A stretch of 56,646 nucleotides of DNA from Nemertoderma westbladi (GCA_032718475.1 JAUCBJ010000650.1:1-56646), one strand, 5' to 3'; positions 36,272 through 50,820 are shown, counted from the stretch's first letter. Notes: generated by a model not told the origin, from the sequence alone. Made by a program: numbers and translations.

Positions 36272-37860
36272 AAGGTATAGTACTGATATATTCAAAAGAT
36301 TAAATATGGGTAACCTTGACAAAGCTCGTTTCTTATATGTCTAAACAAAGAAACATGTCAGAAACCTTGCACAACAACCAATCACTCGCTAATGCTTTAT
36401 ATCCGAGTTTTAGACTCTACATAAAGTATAACTACTTGACTTTAAGAGTTAATTTATTAAATTAATCACTATATTATTATTATTATTATGCACCTTTTTT
36501 ATCGCCATTACTCATTATAATTAATTTATTAAGTTTTATAAATTAATTTTCCTGTCAAGCCAATTCATTGGAATTTAAGAAAAAATCATGGCTGAGTTGA
36601 ACAATATTTCACATAGGCCACAAACTAGGACAAATTACAAAGGTCTTAACAGCCAAAGCTTTGTACCTGTGAATACCTCAAATATGCCCATTACTGCCCC
36701 ATCCATAAATATGGTAGAATTAGTTGTAGAGGAACCACCATTTTGAAGATATGAGTCTACCACATATCACTACCTCACCGTTTATCACCGATTGAGATTA
36801 TTCCGCAGTTGTCTTATTTTGGACACCCGTTAGGGTTTACTACAGAAATTTCGTCACCAAAGGAGCGACTGCTACCATACCAAAAAGCAGTACCGTTAAT
36901 ATTGGAGAAATGGGGTTCACGACTCAAATTCAAAACCAGATTAATTATATGCAATAATATTACAGAAACACAATGGCGTTTACAGAATTCAATAAGATGC
37001 TAAAATAGCCGAGATATTAGTGTTTTCAGTTTTAAAATTATTTAGTTAGTTATTTTATTTATTTAATTAGTTTTGAAAACGATCTGTGATTGGTAGTGAC
37101 GTCACGCCTCTGAATCCCGTTGATATTAACATTCAGAAACCTAATGCTGTCTTTGTACAATTTAGGCAGTTTGTAAAGTAAGACTGCTACTGCTACATTA
37201 ATACTGTAGTACAGTGCAGCAGTTACCGGTACAAGAACTGTATACAAGTACTGAAGTATATTTTCTTATTTATATGCAGTTGTACGTGTTTACGGGTTTA
37301 CGATAACCTCAGAACCCTGGAACCTAGGCCTACTAGTTCAGTAGTTCGTTTTATAAATTCAATTTTCAATCTTTACATAATTATGCCGCCTCCTACTCAT
37401 ATGCTCGGATTTGTCAAAGCTGACTCCCGTAACCTGCCAATGGTTACGATGAAGATGGTGTATGATTTCACTACTTCTTAAAAGCTCATCTTCGGATACA
37501 TATGGTAATGATGCCATCAGCAGAGTGTAAGTGCGATGCGAAAGAGACTTAAATAATAAGAACATAAAATAACTTAATATAATAACTATAATAGTATATT
37601 AATTAATATTAAAAAAATATTAATATAGAATAATATAATATATTAATAATATAAATCAAACTATATTAATAATAGAATATTAATATTAATATTAATAATA
37701 TTAATAAAATAACTTAAATAATATTTTCAAAATAAAGATAATGAAGAAACCTATGAGGCCTACTCTGATTTTAAACTTTAATTTATTTTAAGCACTCCCA
37801 AAACAACTAAACTGAATTAGGTTTTATATTAACTTATTATTTATATATTTTTTTTTATAG

Positions 37861-39393
37861 GTTAATGAAAAGGAATCTTCTATCAGTATGGTAACGTGCA
37901 TGGGTTGCGTTGCTGCCACTGGTCGTTTTAAACATATGTTGGCAATAATATTCTGGCTTCATTGTTGCAGCTCCGAGCCGTCTGTAACTGATGTTTGATC
38001 CTACTGGGAAGCATCAAAGCTTTCTCGAGTTGGGAGTGTAAAGGCATTGCCTTTAACTAGCGTGCTCAACTTGAAAAGAGGTTCTCATGGCATACCTGCA
38101 GGTGATGCTGAACAATTCAAGAAGGAGGTTCTAGAAACAATCTCATTAACAAACAGAACAGTTTTAGCCCAGTATAGTGGACAAAAAGATCAATGGGCTG
38201 GTGTAAAACTCGACAGTCTAATGCGCTTATATAAAAGGGTAAGCATATATTATAATTGTAGTGGAATCTGTTTTTCTCCATGACATTGAACTGGAATTAA
38301 ATTGCCCATAAGTATATTATAGTATATTATAATTTGAATATATTATTAACAATAATTATCAAATATCTTTGAAGTTAAAAAATAAAATTAATAATATTTA
38401 TATAATTATTTAATTAATAATTATTTATTTATTTATTATTATATTTATTATTATTATTAATAATAATTAATAATTATTTTTTTACTGTAGGAAGCTGCTA
38501 CCATCGATGCCGCAAGTTTTATTTCGTTCTGTTCGACACAAATGGATAGCGCAATATGTCAAAGGGTGTTCGTTTCTACAAAGGAACAACATGGCTATCC
38601 TTTGTGGTTTCACATCCGTTTCGCTAGTACTAATTAAATACTCCACCATCCTTATCTACTTCATTTAACACATACGTGCCATGTAGTGTTGTGTTGGTAT
38701 TTCAGCTTCAGGTACCAGCAAATTTCAGGCCTGACAACTGGTACTTTTGCCTGGCACTTTAGAACTTTGAATGTACCGGTACTGGTACAGCCGGTTAACT
38801 GCAGTACCGGTACTGGTACAGCCGGTTACCTGCAGTACCGGTACTGGTACAGCTGGTAATATGGCAGTACCAGTACCGGTTGAATGATTTGGTACCGGCA
38901 CAACACTAATCCCCTGGTATATTGTCTATGTTATTTAGGTGCCAAAAGGTTTAAAGATACCCGGGCAATGCAGCGTGGACGAGATCTGGAAGCCAAGGTG
39001 TTACGGACAGTTGCGATTCTATTAAGAAACTTTTTTTTACAGACAAACCGGGGATTATGCTTTCACCAGGGGCCCCTATATTTGGTGCATCACCTGATGC
39101 GGTAACAGACAGCCATGTGGTTGAAGTGAAATGCCTAACAAGTCAAAAAACATTTCATAATTATATATCAACAAGCGGCACAATTAAAGAGAAGTTCAAA
39201 GCACACAGGTCCAGTTACAAATGTATATGTGCAATAGGAATTCTGCAATATTCTGTGCAGTCCAACATTCGAAACTGATAAATCAGTAACTATTGTACAG
39301 GAGGATTATGACGACATATATATCACGCAGGTAATGGAGAAATGCAATATATTTTGGTCCAGTCATGTATATCCAGTACTAATGAAAGTCTAA
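37861..39393 (+). pseudogene. SWIM zinc finger plus YqaJ (lambda-exonuclease-like) gene, intron-containing and decayed
   Basis: CMGCVA..KH..FWLH..EPSVT; Q..PLWF..RF; AMQRGRDLE; IFGASPDAV..VEVKC; QVQLQM; stops and frameshifts. Confidence 0.88.
38684..38908. mobile_element. MITE with TAGTGTTGTG TIR and internal GTACCGGTACTG repeats (hAT-like ends)
   Basis: TAGTGTTGTG ... CACAACACTA; no TSD recognised. Confidence 0.5.
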
Positions 39394-39613
39394 TGAGTAA
39401 AAGTATAAAACTAATTTACTTTTTTACCAACCATATTAATATTATTACTTTAAATAATTATTTATGTTTCATACCTTTACAGCACTAATTAATAACAGAA
39501 TAAAGTATACTGATTAAAGATAACTTATTATTGTAGTTTGTATATTTATTTACAATATATTATTTAAATGCATAACAATAATAATGTGTCACCTATAGTA
39601 TATACTGCACAAT

Positions 39614-41060
39614 TCAAGACCAAGTAACAGATTGTGTATAAGATTTTGAAGGTTTTTCGATTTTAATTTCAAAACAATCTATAATACTAACAACATTTTT
39701 GTAGTATGCTTTAAATGCAAGTGGAAGATTAGTCTTCCAGTGCTGGCCACATTATCAGACTCTGCATGAAAGATGCAATAGTTGGTACATGACTGGCGAA
39801 TAACACAGCACAGCACAATAACATAGCACAGTACGTTTCGTGAATTCCCCACAATGAAGATATAAATGAAAATAAAATGTCTGACCCATTCTAATATATT
39901 GGAAAATTAATAAAATAATGTCAAATTTCGTAAGATTGCTACTCATCTCACAAAACGTAATATGATCTGCGAGGTTTTCTAATACAAACTGGTACGATTT
40001 TGGTATTCCAGTATGGAGGGTTAGATTTTTGATAACAATATCACTCATATTGTTGATATTCCTAATCAATGGTATACTACCATTACTATCATCTTCAGTT
40101 CCAGTGGTAACCTCGCTCTCTTCCATGTAAACACTTGGGTCATCCCCTGTGTTCCTATTCCTTCAGTTGACTCATCCGAATCCTCCTCTAGCCTGCTATC
40201 ACAATTACGTCCGACTGTCGCTTTCTCTACCAACTTGAATGGGGATGTTGCAATGCTCGCCATGGAAGGGACAGCTTGGCTGGATGCAGATCTTGATGAA
40301 GGACCTTTCATGACAGCTGCTTTGTCAGTAGCCTGTAATTTATATTATATAGTCAAATATTAATTAAATCAAAAGTTATCAGAAGTCTAATATTCTCTTT
40401 GGAGTTATTCAGTGTATATTATAATAGTGTATATGTAATTTATTTAGAACTAGGACCCCCCTGGACAGTAGCACCCTGCACAGTAGCACTCCAGACAGTA
40501 GCACACCGGACAGTAGCACCCAGGACAGTAGCCCCCGGACAGTAGTCCCCTGGATAGTAGCACCCCAGACAGTAGAACCCCAGACAGTAGAACCCCAGAC
40601 AGTAGCCCCCTGGACAGTAGTCCCTTGGATAGTAGCACCCTGGACAGTAGCTTCCCAGACAGTAGCTATCATACAAAAAATATCTACTAATGTTCTAGAA
40701 TATTCACCAATACCAGAAAACATTAAAAAAAATTGTATTTTGGAATTTCTGTGATAAAATCCCGGGGGGCTACAGTCCAGGGGGCTACCACTGTCCTAAT
40801 ACTAATTTATTTGTGTATTATTATGCAATGGAATGTGATACAATACTACCAAATAACTAACCTACTCTTCAGACTCATGTAGAAGTTCAGCCACTATTCG
40901 GGTTCGTGCTCGCTTTGACTGTTCAATTCCATGCGTAACAGAACGACGTTGGCATTCAAACTTCGTTGGTACAGTCTTTCTTTAACTCAATGCGGCGCAC
41001 TTCGTAATCAGTTCCTTTAGTTAGTTTAAACTGCATGTAATTTTCTAATGCATCTTCCAA
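39614..41060 (-). pseudogene. THAP plus DDE (ISL2/Harbinger-type) transposase, truncated
   Basis: THAP end LENYMQF..LKKD..TKFECQ; HTGIP helix-turn-helix region; IIDCFEIKIEKP..QSVTWS followed by loss of the rest of the domain. Confidence 0.82.
40446..40803. mobile_element. Foldback/MULE-type MITE built from 15-bp units, in a transposase intron
   Basis: 9-bp TSD AATTTATTT (40437-40445 and 40804-40812); termini AGAACTAGGAC / GTCCTAATACT; inverted 15-bp units. Confidence 0.8.
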
Positions 41061-44000
41061 CTAAAACAGAGTGTATAAATGCTGGTGTAGTGTAACTAAA
41101 AAGTTACAGGTATACTGGCACTGGCTGTACTCATTACTCTCAAAATTGAAACTGTAACCTGTGCTATTGTCATTCGTTTATTGTTTTGGTTAGAATAGGT
41201 AATGTACCAACCTGCATATTAATAATTTTAGGTTAGTCCTTGATGTCTGGGGTATGATTTGATTACATGAGTTTGAACTTCTGTGGTCTGGCAGTATTAT
41301 TATTAGTATTATTATTATTATGGTACTGATACTATTAGACTATGGTATTACTTAAGAAAGGCGGTACCACCAATCCTATTACTACATACTACTGGACTAA
41401 GTTGGATACAGATGGACCCTTATAACATATATCTCACCACAAACGTCCACGTAACAGAAACAATGGAGACTCGTCAGTGGGTTTCTCGGCATCATCTCTT
41501 CTTGCTAACCGAAAGCAAGTCTTTCTTAGCTTCTGATTCGATGGGACGCGCAGGAATAGCTTATCTGGTGCGGATACTAATGTGTTTTACACATTGGTAC
41601 AATACAGGACTTATTATGTTTGCCTCCGCCTGTTCCTCTTCCATGATGAGCATCGCCACCGGAACCAGTACCACTCGTGCTCGGTACAGACGCCATATCC
41701 CGATATTGCTTTCACAGTATCGTATTGCTTTAATGCAGAAGTGGTATGTAAGTAAAACGAAGTGGTTGGTTAGCGAATCTGCTTACAGTAGGCTGACAGG
41801 TATAGAGGTATAACTATAAATAAGAAAACTTATACAGTTGTATGCAGTACTTGTACCTGTAACTGCTGCACTGTACTACAGAGCTAATGTAGCAGTAGCA
41901 GTCCTACTTGACAAACTGCCTAAATTGCACAAAGACAGTATTAGGTATCTGACAGAGGCATATAGTGATGTCATGACCAATCACAGATCGTTTTCAAATT
42001 TTGAATTATTTTTTAACAGAAAGCACCAATATCACAGCTATTATAGCATCTTATTGAATTCTGTAAACACCATTGTGTTTCTGTGATATTATTGCATCTA
42101 ATTAATCAGGTTTTGAATTTGAGTCGTGAACCCCATTGCATCAAAACATTTGGTATCGGCAGTAAATTTAAACCGAGTCTCTTTTGTAGACACATCGATG
42201 ATTTCATATGTTGCAATGAGGGGTTTACTCCAAGTAGTGTATGTAGAAGTTATCCCATTGTCAATTTCATCACCATCGATGCCAACAGATAAATATTATG
42301 TTAGACCTCCATCAGTTGGTACTAACCCACATAGTTCTCCAATCACATCGTATCCCATGTGTTCCTATGATTACACAGAAGTCAGCCCTATCTCATTTCG
42401 TCATTCAAGGCAAATAGACATAATAAAAGCATGCAGACTAAGAGCTGGAGGTACTTAACCAAGCTAGAGCTGCATCACCCCTTATAGCAAACGTCAGCCA
42501 AAGTGACATTTCTATCACTTGCTGTGCTGAGCTGCCACTCTATCCAACAAGGGCTACATTATTAATGTTGGTTACGCTGATACAGAGAGCAATGTTAACT
42601 GGAACCCAATCCAACACTTGCAATACTGTAAATGGTGGTGGTATGGTTGCTATGGAAACAAGCTACAATACATTATACTCCACTAAACTGAAGTTTGATA
42701 AAATTATTGAAGACAATGAAGGTTTGTATGGTCTCTACAAAGAAACACTGTACTTCTGAGCTTACAATAATTTGATAGAAATTTAAGGAAAACTTATAGA
42801 AATTCTAAAGATACAACTTGCAGATTGTTAAGAGAGTTTTATTGGTAGTTGATTGAAATGTCGTCAGAGGAGAGGATATATGAGGAAGATCCTTTGATTG
42901 TGACAGAAATAGCCAAACAAACCCTTAATTTGTGCACCTTTATTACCATTTCTGTATTGGAGGAACCTGTATTGGAGGAACCTGAAAGTAATTTTTCATA
43001 TAAAACTGAACACCTGGAATATGATATAAAAACAGGTCCATCTCCCCTTATTAGTCGGTATACAGGTAGATTTGAAACTATCCTACTGTATCACCAGACA
43101 CCTGAGAGATACCCCAGGAAGAAACATAGTATATACCCAATATTTTTTTACCTTGATCACATAGCCCCACTCCAGCTAGAGAATACAATGGCAGGTGGAC
43201 AAACATTTGTCAGACTTCAACCAGCATGACTATCTGAACCAAGAGTTCGGATTCTGTCTAATGTGGCTTTAACCAAAATGGCCCTGCACAGCACCAGCAA
43301 AAATGATTTTAGGCCAAGCTATCAACCTAGACACCATATTTCATATAATGAAGGACCAATATATGTCAACTATTGGTTAAGGTATTGACAGTTGCAAACG
43401 AAACTTGCCACGACCAGCACCCATTCAATTCCCAGGAGACCCTACAGAATGTTGAATTTCAAGCAATATTTAATACAAGTTCACTATTCTAGTCTGACAG
43501 CTTGTACATATATTCTAGCTTGTACAATTGCTGCAGTATTTGGAAGGTCCTCCTCCACTTTCTTTGATTCGCCACTATGAATGAGTAGGGGAAGCTGCAT
43601 ATGCTACTGCTTGGAACGAAATCGAACATAGGTATGGGAATCCTGTACGCCTTATAAACGACTCTATTCGCAAGCTGATGAAACACCTCATAGATTTGAG
43701 CCAGAAGATATACAAAACTATGCTGACAAAGTGTATCAAACAGAAACAATAATGCTGTCGATGCCACAAAGACCATATGAACCTAATATACCACAAAATG
43801 TGGAAGAACTAGCAAGTAAGATTTCTCTAAAGTTTCACGAAAGGTGGGTGCACGAAGTATACATCTGAATATATCCCACTATGGTAGAGTTTACCGAAGC
43901 CTAAGCATAACTGGCAAAAAATTAAGTCGCAATTCTTCAGAGTCATACAGTCATTATACCAGTGTAAAGAAGCCATGCTTCCCCCACTCCTAATCATTAC

Positions 44001-46556
44001 CAATTGTTGAGATTCAATGAACATGGAGTGACACTCCAGGTAAAATAGTTAATTATTTTTTAGTGGTGTACTGATGTCTTTCTGAAGGGGGTGGGGGGGG
44101 GGGCTATTTTACTTCATAACTGATGGGATGGCAAGAATCTATTATTATTTTAATTTATATTTTAGTGATAGCTTAACTGCGATATTGTATAGACTGGAAA
44201 ACAAGATTAAAAGTGAAAGCACAAATATTATGTGTACAGAGACAATGAATTAGGCGGTTGTTTCCACAGCTGTCTTAGGTCTAAGTTCAACCCATGGGGA
44301 CTACTGGATGTGCATTTTTTTTCCTAATGAAGATGGAATCGATAGCGGCGGCTCTATGAGGCTCACTTCGGTTGAAACTACCTATTTGGGCAGGAAATGT
44401 GTTTTCAAAGTCTATTGATTTGGATTATAATTGTTAGTATATATGGGATGACAAAATACTATGTGAATTATATTGTTTGAAACAATAACAGAGATGTGAA
44501 CATATAAACTCCGTGCTCAAATCCAATGGTATGTATGTAGTGATGAAATTAATATGATGAAACTGTAGGATAGTGATCACTATCAACTGTTGGTACATAT
44601 AAATGTAAACCTATAATACACCACACTAAGTAACAAGGAGGATTATTATTCTAATGTAACCAACCTACTGGTTAATGATGTAATGTATCGTACCGTCCAT
44701 ATGTAACTATGTAATTAAGTATGTATTAAGTGTACCTGGGTGTATGAATCTGGTATAGGACAATGACATGAAGGACCTGTATGTTCTAATTGACAGTGTT
44801 GTCAATTAATTCATGTTGGCCTACTTTATATAATGAACGAAAATATTATACAGCGCCTTGAGCGCTAACTAACTAACTAGGAAAGCATACAGTATTAATT
44901 GGCAATGTTTACTATTTGTTATTTGGTATTACTTATTTGCATCAAATTTCATCTGTATTTAATACCATTTAACCCCTACCGACCTTTCGCACATCTTGCC
45001 AGGTGTTAACGCGTTCTGACTTATAATTTCCGGGTGCGAGTAAACTGGATAGAGATTCTTCAGATCCTTCTAGTCTATCAGTGGTCCAAAGATCATATAC
45101 ATCCTCGCTGGTACCAGCCCAGACTTTAAGGACCAGGTTATCTAAAATATCAATTAATAATTAATTCATTAGCAGCCAGCAGGCGAATCATATAGCATGA
45201 TAGGTTAAATAAAAGTAGTTAAAGACAATATGTAAAAAGTAAAAATAGTAAAACCATTATAGTTGGTAATTTGCTTATACAGTGATACATGCTGATATAG
45301 TAGATTATATGGAGACAACATTATCCAATCGTATATTTCAGAGTTTAGATCATAGTACACTTAATGTACTCACTGCCTAAGTCTTAATGCATGTTTGGGG
45401 TCGAATCGCAGCACTCATTTCAGATAACAGGTATTGCACCATAGTAATTCATTGTATTTAATATTGGTTGGTGGTTATGCAGTTGATATCCATTGATCTG
45501 GTAATCTTAGTGGGAGCCAATCTTTATTTATGATAATGCCAAAACAGGACACTACTGGTAAGGGTAAGGTTTGGAGATTTCTTGAACTCATACACGAGTA
45601 TGTGTCTATAGGATAGGTATTCAGTCGTTTGTGGTTGCATACAGCGCAGTTATGTTCGCCACTAACTTGTCAACAAGGTCCACCTTATCATTCCACTATA
45701 TATCATAGGTTATATCTTAAATGATGGGCTGGTACCTTTGACTTCAATAGACATCCAAATACTGTTTCATTAGGGGACAATCCAGCAGTTTGTGGTATAT
45801 TTCTTCTGTATGTTCCAGGATAGTCTTAATATGATGGGATTCAGATAACTTTGGGATCACTAAGCAGTTACCATAGATAATCATTCTGACCAGCTGATCA
45901 GATTTGGATTGGAATTACACTGTTATGTTTGGAATAGTGTACTTTAATGAAATCTGAGTTCACATGTGTCAAAGGGTGTGTATAATCAGGGTCTATTCTA
46001 TCATCAGCCTTGATCTATAATATGTCTCTTTTGGTTTTCCAAGTCATATAACAATTTGTCATTGAAAATAGTAACACTTGTCAATGATCTGTCATCACTG
46101 AATTCTGGCAGATCAGTTAGCTAAACTCAGTTCTTGTTAATTGCTAACCTGATCACCACTTGTTTTGAGCTCAATTGTAACATATTGTGTCTCTGGAGTA
46201 ATTACAAAATGGAATCCACATTTGACCGACCAGTTTCCAACTGCAACCCAGGTACCCAAACACTGGGACCTGGTGGGCACCCACAACGAAGTAAAGCATC
46301 ATTTATGGACTACAGATAAACTGGAATGGAACATTAAACAGGCAACATTCTAACAATGGTGAGCTGCTTGGCAAAACTACCTAATGATAATTTTTTGAAC
46401 TCACTATATTATCTATGTTTTCCAACATGTGATATTTGCAGATGGTATCAATTGAATAATGTACCATTTGTTTAATCCTGTGAGTTAAGTTTCATTAGAT
46501 CAATGGTTTTACAGATTTGTATTAGTTGTAATGAAATCTACATAACAGGTAACTGT

Positions 46557-46884
46557 TGTGGGGCGAGCCACGAAGTGAGCGAAGCCTTAGCATATGGGTG
46601 CCATTGGCGAGTTGTCTGTCGTCGTCGTCGTCGTCTGTTGTCTTAAATTTTTGATCGCTAATAACTCGGTTATTTCTTGATGAAATTAAACGAAACTTGG
46701 TATGTATGTAGTCCGTCGAAAGTTTAGAAAGAATCTGAAGTTTCATCAAAAACGAACGAAAGCAACGAGGCACAAGAGGAGGACGAATATTGTGTTGAAG
46801 ACTTCTGACTAACGGCAGACAACTCGTTAATGGTACCCATATGTAAAGGCTTTGCTCACTTCGTGATGCGCGAAGACCCCACGA
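46557..46884. mobile_element. Non-autonomous element with about 65-bp inverted termini and (GTC)n
   Basis: GTGGGG..CACGAAGTGAGCGAAGCC..CATATGGGT.CCATT..CGAGTTGTCTG mirrored at 46812-46884. Confidence 0.75.
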
Positions 46885-47018
46885 ACGTGTTAGTTAGTGG
46901 GTAAAGGTTATACCTTTTATCTCAGAAGTGAATAATAATTTATGGAACAACTTTTTTTCATGGAAGAATGCCATGACAGAATTTTCAACACTCAAATCAA
47001 ATAAAGTACTTTTCTTAC

Positions 47019-47699
47019 CTTCCAAGTAATGTGTCTCCTCCAGTTCTAAAGTTTTCGTCACGTCAGATTGTAGCTGTGAAATTGTTAAGGAACATTTGTA
47101 GAATCGTACATGAGCGATTAATCCGGGGAAATTTTTATTATTTTCACGTTTTCCAATGAGAACATTATTTACAGTAGAATCAGGAACTGGTCGGGTTGTA
47201 TTAACATCCTCCAACTTCGCTATCTTGTGTTCAGAACTTATCACAGCTTGGCTGTATATAAATCTTTCTTTTTTTGTCTTACTCACTCCATATGCAACCA
47301 TGTACCAAAGGTTGAGAGTAACAACATTCATATTTCTCAGTACCTGGTCATCTGACATTCCTGCATAAGCAAAGTAGAGGGTCGTGGGCTCAGCATAAAT
47401 CCAAATATGTGATCCTTGTCCAGCTGTGCCGAATTCAAGAATGGGTCCGACTGTATTTAAGGTCTGCTTTATGAAGGCGATAATAGTAAAGGATTCTGAT
47501 TGTAACTCAACATTATTGACGATTGAAACATAGCCATTATTAAAATCAGCTGCTTGATTGTCGAATCCTCCTGGTCCTATGTTATAAGTGAGAATACCTT
47601 GGACAATTCCATGAAGATTTCCTGTTTTGTCATTTCCTTGGTAAGTTGAGCTCAATGGGCAATAACCAACAATATTGTTGCTTGGAACTTCACATAAAG
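47019..47699 (-). CDS. Host exon encoding a LamG/concanavalin A-like (pentraxin-type) domain
   Basis: GPGG..AADF, SFTIIAFIK, GPILEF, WYMVA, VLIGKR..NFPGLIAHVRFYKCSLT; tttgcag acceptor and G|gtaag donor, phase 1-1, 681 bp open. Confidence 0.82.
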
Positions 47700-47764
47700 C
47701 TGCAAATACCAAATCACACACTGTGAATTATTAGGTGGCAATAAACTCACACATAAATAGATAA

Positions 47765-48086
47765 GTAATATTTTGGTTTTGTTCAGAAATGGAAAAAATG
47801 AGAAAGCGCGTCACCGGGGGTTGAACCAGCGCTATACGTACGTTTCAGCCTAACAGGCCTCATCAGTAGCGCTAACCAGTTCAGCCACTTGTCCCTGACA
47901 TTCACTGTCCCACCTAATCCACTTCTATTGAACAGGCAGTCTTAAGTTGCATATCCTATCTCTAACAGTGGACCTACCGGCCTCAAAGTATTTTAGAGTA
48001 AAACAGGAGGAAAGTACAAATAAATAAATTTGATTTGTGACGCACTTTCTCATTTTTTTCATTTTTGAACAAAACCATAATATTAC
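47765..48086 (-). mobile_element. Short non-autonomous Penelope-like element with 50-bp inverted termini and a hammerhead ribozyme
   Basis: 47765-47814 is the reverse complement of 48037-48086 (few mismatches); internal hammerhead. Confidence 0.7.
47828..47873 (-). ncRNA. Minimal type I hammerhead ribozyme
   Basis: AGCGCUA-CUGAUGA-GGCCU-guu-AGGCU-GAAA-CGUACG-UA/UAGCGCU: full core, 7-bp stem I, stem II, palindromic stem III, GUA cleavage triplet. Confidence 0.88.
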
Positions 48087-48818
48087 ATCTTTAATTACAG
48101 TTGCATTAACAGCTCAACTCCAATAAATAGAGAATATCAACTCATAAAAAGTATAGGATATGAAACTCAGTTACAAATCAGGAATACCTATATATATAAT
48201 ATAGGAGGAAAATCAACTCTATAACAACCAATAAAAAAAACCGAATATAGTAGGTAAACTCAAACTTTATTAACAATTAAGGTATCTTAGATATTATTGA
48301 ATGATTTCCGTCGTTCCAATAAACCCCAGCACACTGACTGCCAGATGCATAAGATGCCAGATGCCTTAACTTTTTAGCAGTGCAGGTTAAAATACGAGTG
48401 AAAGGTTTGTTGTCCTAGGCAAGATACTTAATAAGGTGGACCAATGAGACCACTTTACTTTTTCGAGAGCAAACTTTACCAATATACATTAGCCACTATG
48501 ATGTATCTCGGTCATCCGCAAATTAATCAGCCATGTAACTCCCCAATTATTCTGTCATATAGCAGACTTTTCGGGAATGTCAATGTCTGACCACCATGAC
48601 CTCTAGCTGCCATAACAAAGATCAAGCACATGCTGATCAGTTCTACATTGGTTGCGTGGATGGTAAGTAGTATCCATAGTGACTGGCGGTGATGGGCTTT
48701 GGCAATTCTAGATTGTACAATTCATCATTTGTTTCATTGGCGTTAAGCAAGGACAACTCTACTACAGAACTGGCAAAAGCTAAATTCGGGTCAGATAGCT
48801 TCGTCAGGTTTTTATTAA

Positions 48819-50645
48819 CCCTATTAAACCCAGGGGGATCAATATGAACCCCCCCCCCCCCCCGTTGTTTTTTGTTATATCTCTGAAACAAACGCAGTTG
48901 GGAATCTGACATTTTAAGACTTTTCCTAAAAATCTATTGTCATCGTAATAGTGAAAACGGTTTTCAAAAATATTGGGTAGTTTTCTAGTTATAGCACCAT
49001 TTTTTAACCCTTCTTTTGGCACATTTTTGAGACGTTTTTGGAAAATTACATTTCATGAAATATGATATGTAACATCTCTGTTTTTGATTTACACCTGTTT
49101 TTGGTGTTTGAAATTAGATGGAATTAATATAAATTAATTTAGAAATTTCCAACTTTCTTTTTTCGGCGGGTGCCAAATTTTGGTGACAGCACCAAATTTT
49201 GAAATATGTCAATTTTATAAATTTATTGTTTGAACCTGTTTTTTACGCAATAGGGGTTTGTTTTTTGGAGTTCTGGTTTCCATGGAATATATACGACTTG
49301 CACCACTTTCCCCAAAACTTGTATTTTTCGATGCTTTGTGCAAAATTTGGTACCAGCACGAAATTTGGAAAATCCTTTCAATAGTTTAATTGCTTGTGAC
49401 AACTTATTTCTCGCGTTTTAGACGTTTCTTGTGGTTCTGAATTCAATGGAATAAATAATTATTTAACTACGCATCTCAAACTTATATTTTTCGGAATGGG
49501 TGCAAAATTCGGTGCTAGCACCAAATTTTGAAAACCATAAAATATATCATTTGATGTGTCACCTTGTTTCTTGCGTTATACGGGTTTGTGAGGGTTCTGA
49601 ATTCAATGGAAAAAAGTAAAAATTGCATAAGAGTTTTCAAGCTTGTATTTTTCGCCAGTGATTGAAAATTGTTGTGCCAGCACCAAATTTTTGAAAATAA
49701 GCAAATTGATCAATAGATAGTATCATATTGTTTTTTGTGTTATACGGGTTTATGAGGGTCCTGAATCCGATGAAATCAATAAAAACAGCACTGGACAATT
49801 CAAAATTGTCAAATTGTCAAAATTCGTAATCAGATCATTTTTAAACATTTTCCAATGGATTTTGGACCCCAGAAAATCTGTATTGAAAAATAATAGCCGG
49901 AAATTGTAACTTTCAAAATTTATGAAAATTGTTCACTACTTGTAATTTTGGTGCTGCATATACCACCACAGTAAATTTTTTCGAAAATTTTTTTTGCGGT
50001 CGGATTCATACTAGAAATTTATGTACAAACAAAAAAAAATCAGACGTTTTCGTCTATGCATTGTTAGTACAATGAAACAGGCAAGACCCTTAAAGATGAA
50101 TTGGACGCTGCTTTTGTCTCTAGTTGTGAGGCTACCAGTTTCAAACCGTTCCATTAGACTTTTAACATCGAAATTAGAGAGGATTAGGGACATCACAGAT
50201 GACAGAGGATATAATGCACTAGCTGTCTGAAAAACATTGCAGAGGCCGTTGTTAACGAGATTGAGGGGAGAGTAGGGCTCAGAGGATAACATAGCCCGAT
50301 TTGTTAATTCATTTAATTGATGTTTAGGGCAATGTTTTACCCGAAGCGTGTACTGATGCTGGATTTGAATTGAATATCTCACATAATATAGGCTGATGAA
50401 CATCTTAGTAGATCATAACGAGAGCTATTAGAGACATAGGTACCCATGTTCAAAAGGTAAAGTTTGTCCTTCTTCTTGTATGCAAACTCCAGTTAAACTC
50501 TGGCAGTTGCCGACAGCGGAGGGGCGGCAAGATGATTCTTTTAAGAAGCATGTTAAAAATTTCTGGGTTTACGGATCTTACTTAACTGACACAACTAAAG
50601 ATAAAATTTGTAGATTTTAGAGGGGGGGGGGGGGTCAATTGAACA
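48819..50645. mobile_element. DNA transposon remnant with a TTAA|CCC left end (piggyBac-like) and subterminal repeats; right boundary approximate
   Basis: TTAA CCCTATTAAACCCAGGGGG; repeated GGTG..AGCACCAAATTT and GCGTTATACGGGTTT..GGTTCTGAATTC blocks; matching right TIR not found. Confidence 0.45.
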
Positions 50646-50820
50646 ATTTCAAATTGACAATTTCATAAAAAAATATTTTGAGATAATCGACCTTTCATTA
50701 TACATAGTAATAATAATTTCAATAGGTCTCCCTAAATGGAAATTGTTATAGCCTACTACTATAACCTATTTATGTAAATGCTACATATTTATCTGTAAGA
50801 CTTGCCTATATTTTACTTAC

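Larger units (their letters stand above)
36912..42134. mobile_element. ISL2EU-type DNA transposon with both ends intact and decayed genes
   Basis: TIRs GGGGTTCACGACTCAAATT.. about 320-360 bp (36912-37275 and 41812-42134), AT TSD on both sides, convergent YqaJ and THAP-DDE genes. Confidence 0.92.

Noticed and set aside
41412-43229. ORFs 41412-41813, 41838-42086 and 42849-43229 as genes
   Set aside because: No recognisable domains; 41838-42086 and its mirror 37059-37247 are just the TIR read in both directions
45640-45900. Possible RNase H remnant on the minus strand (LLSDP.., KVPAH.., NDKVD)
   Set aside because: Only scattered short motifs with stops; cannot be supported without a profile search
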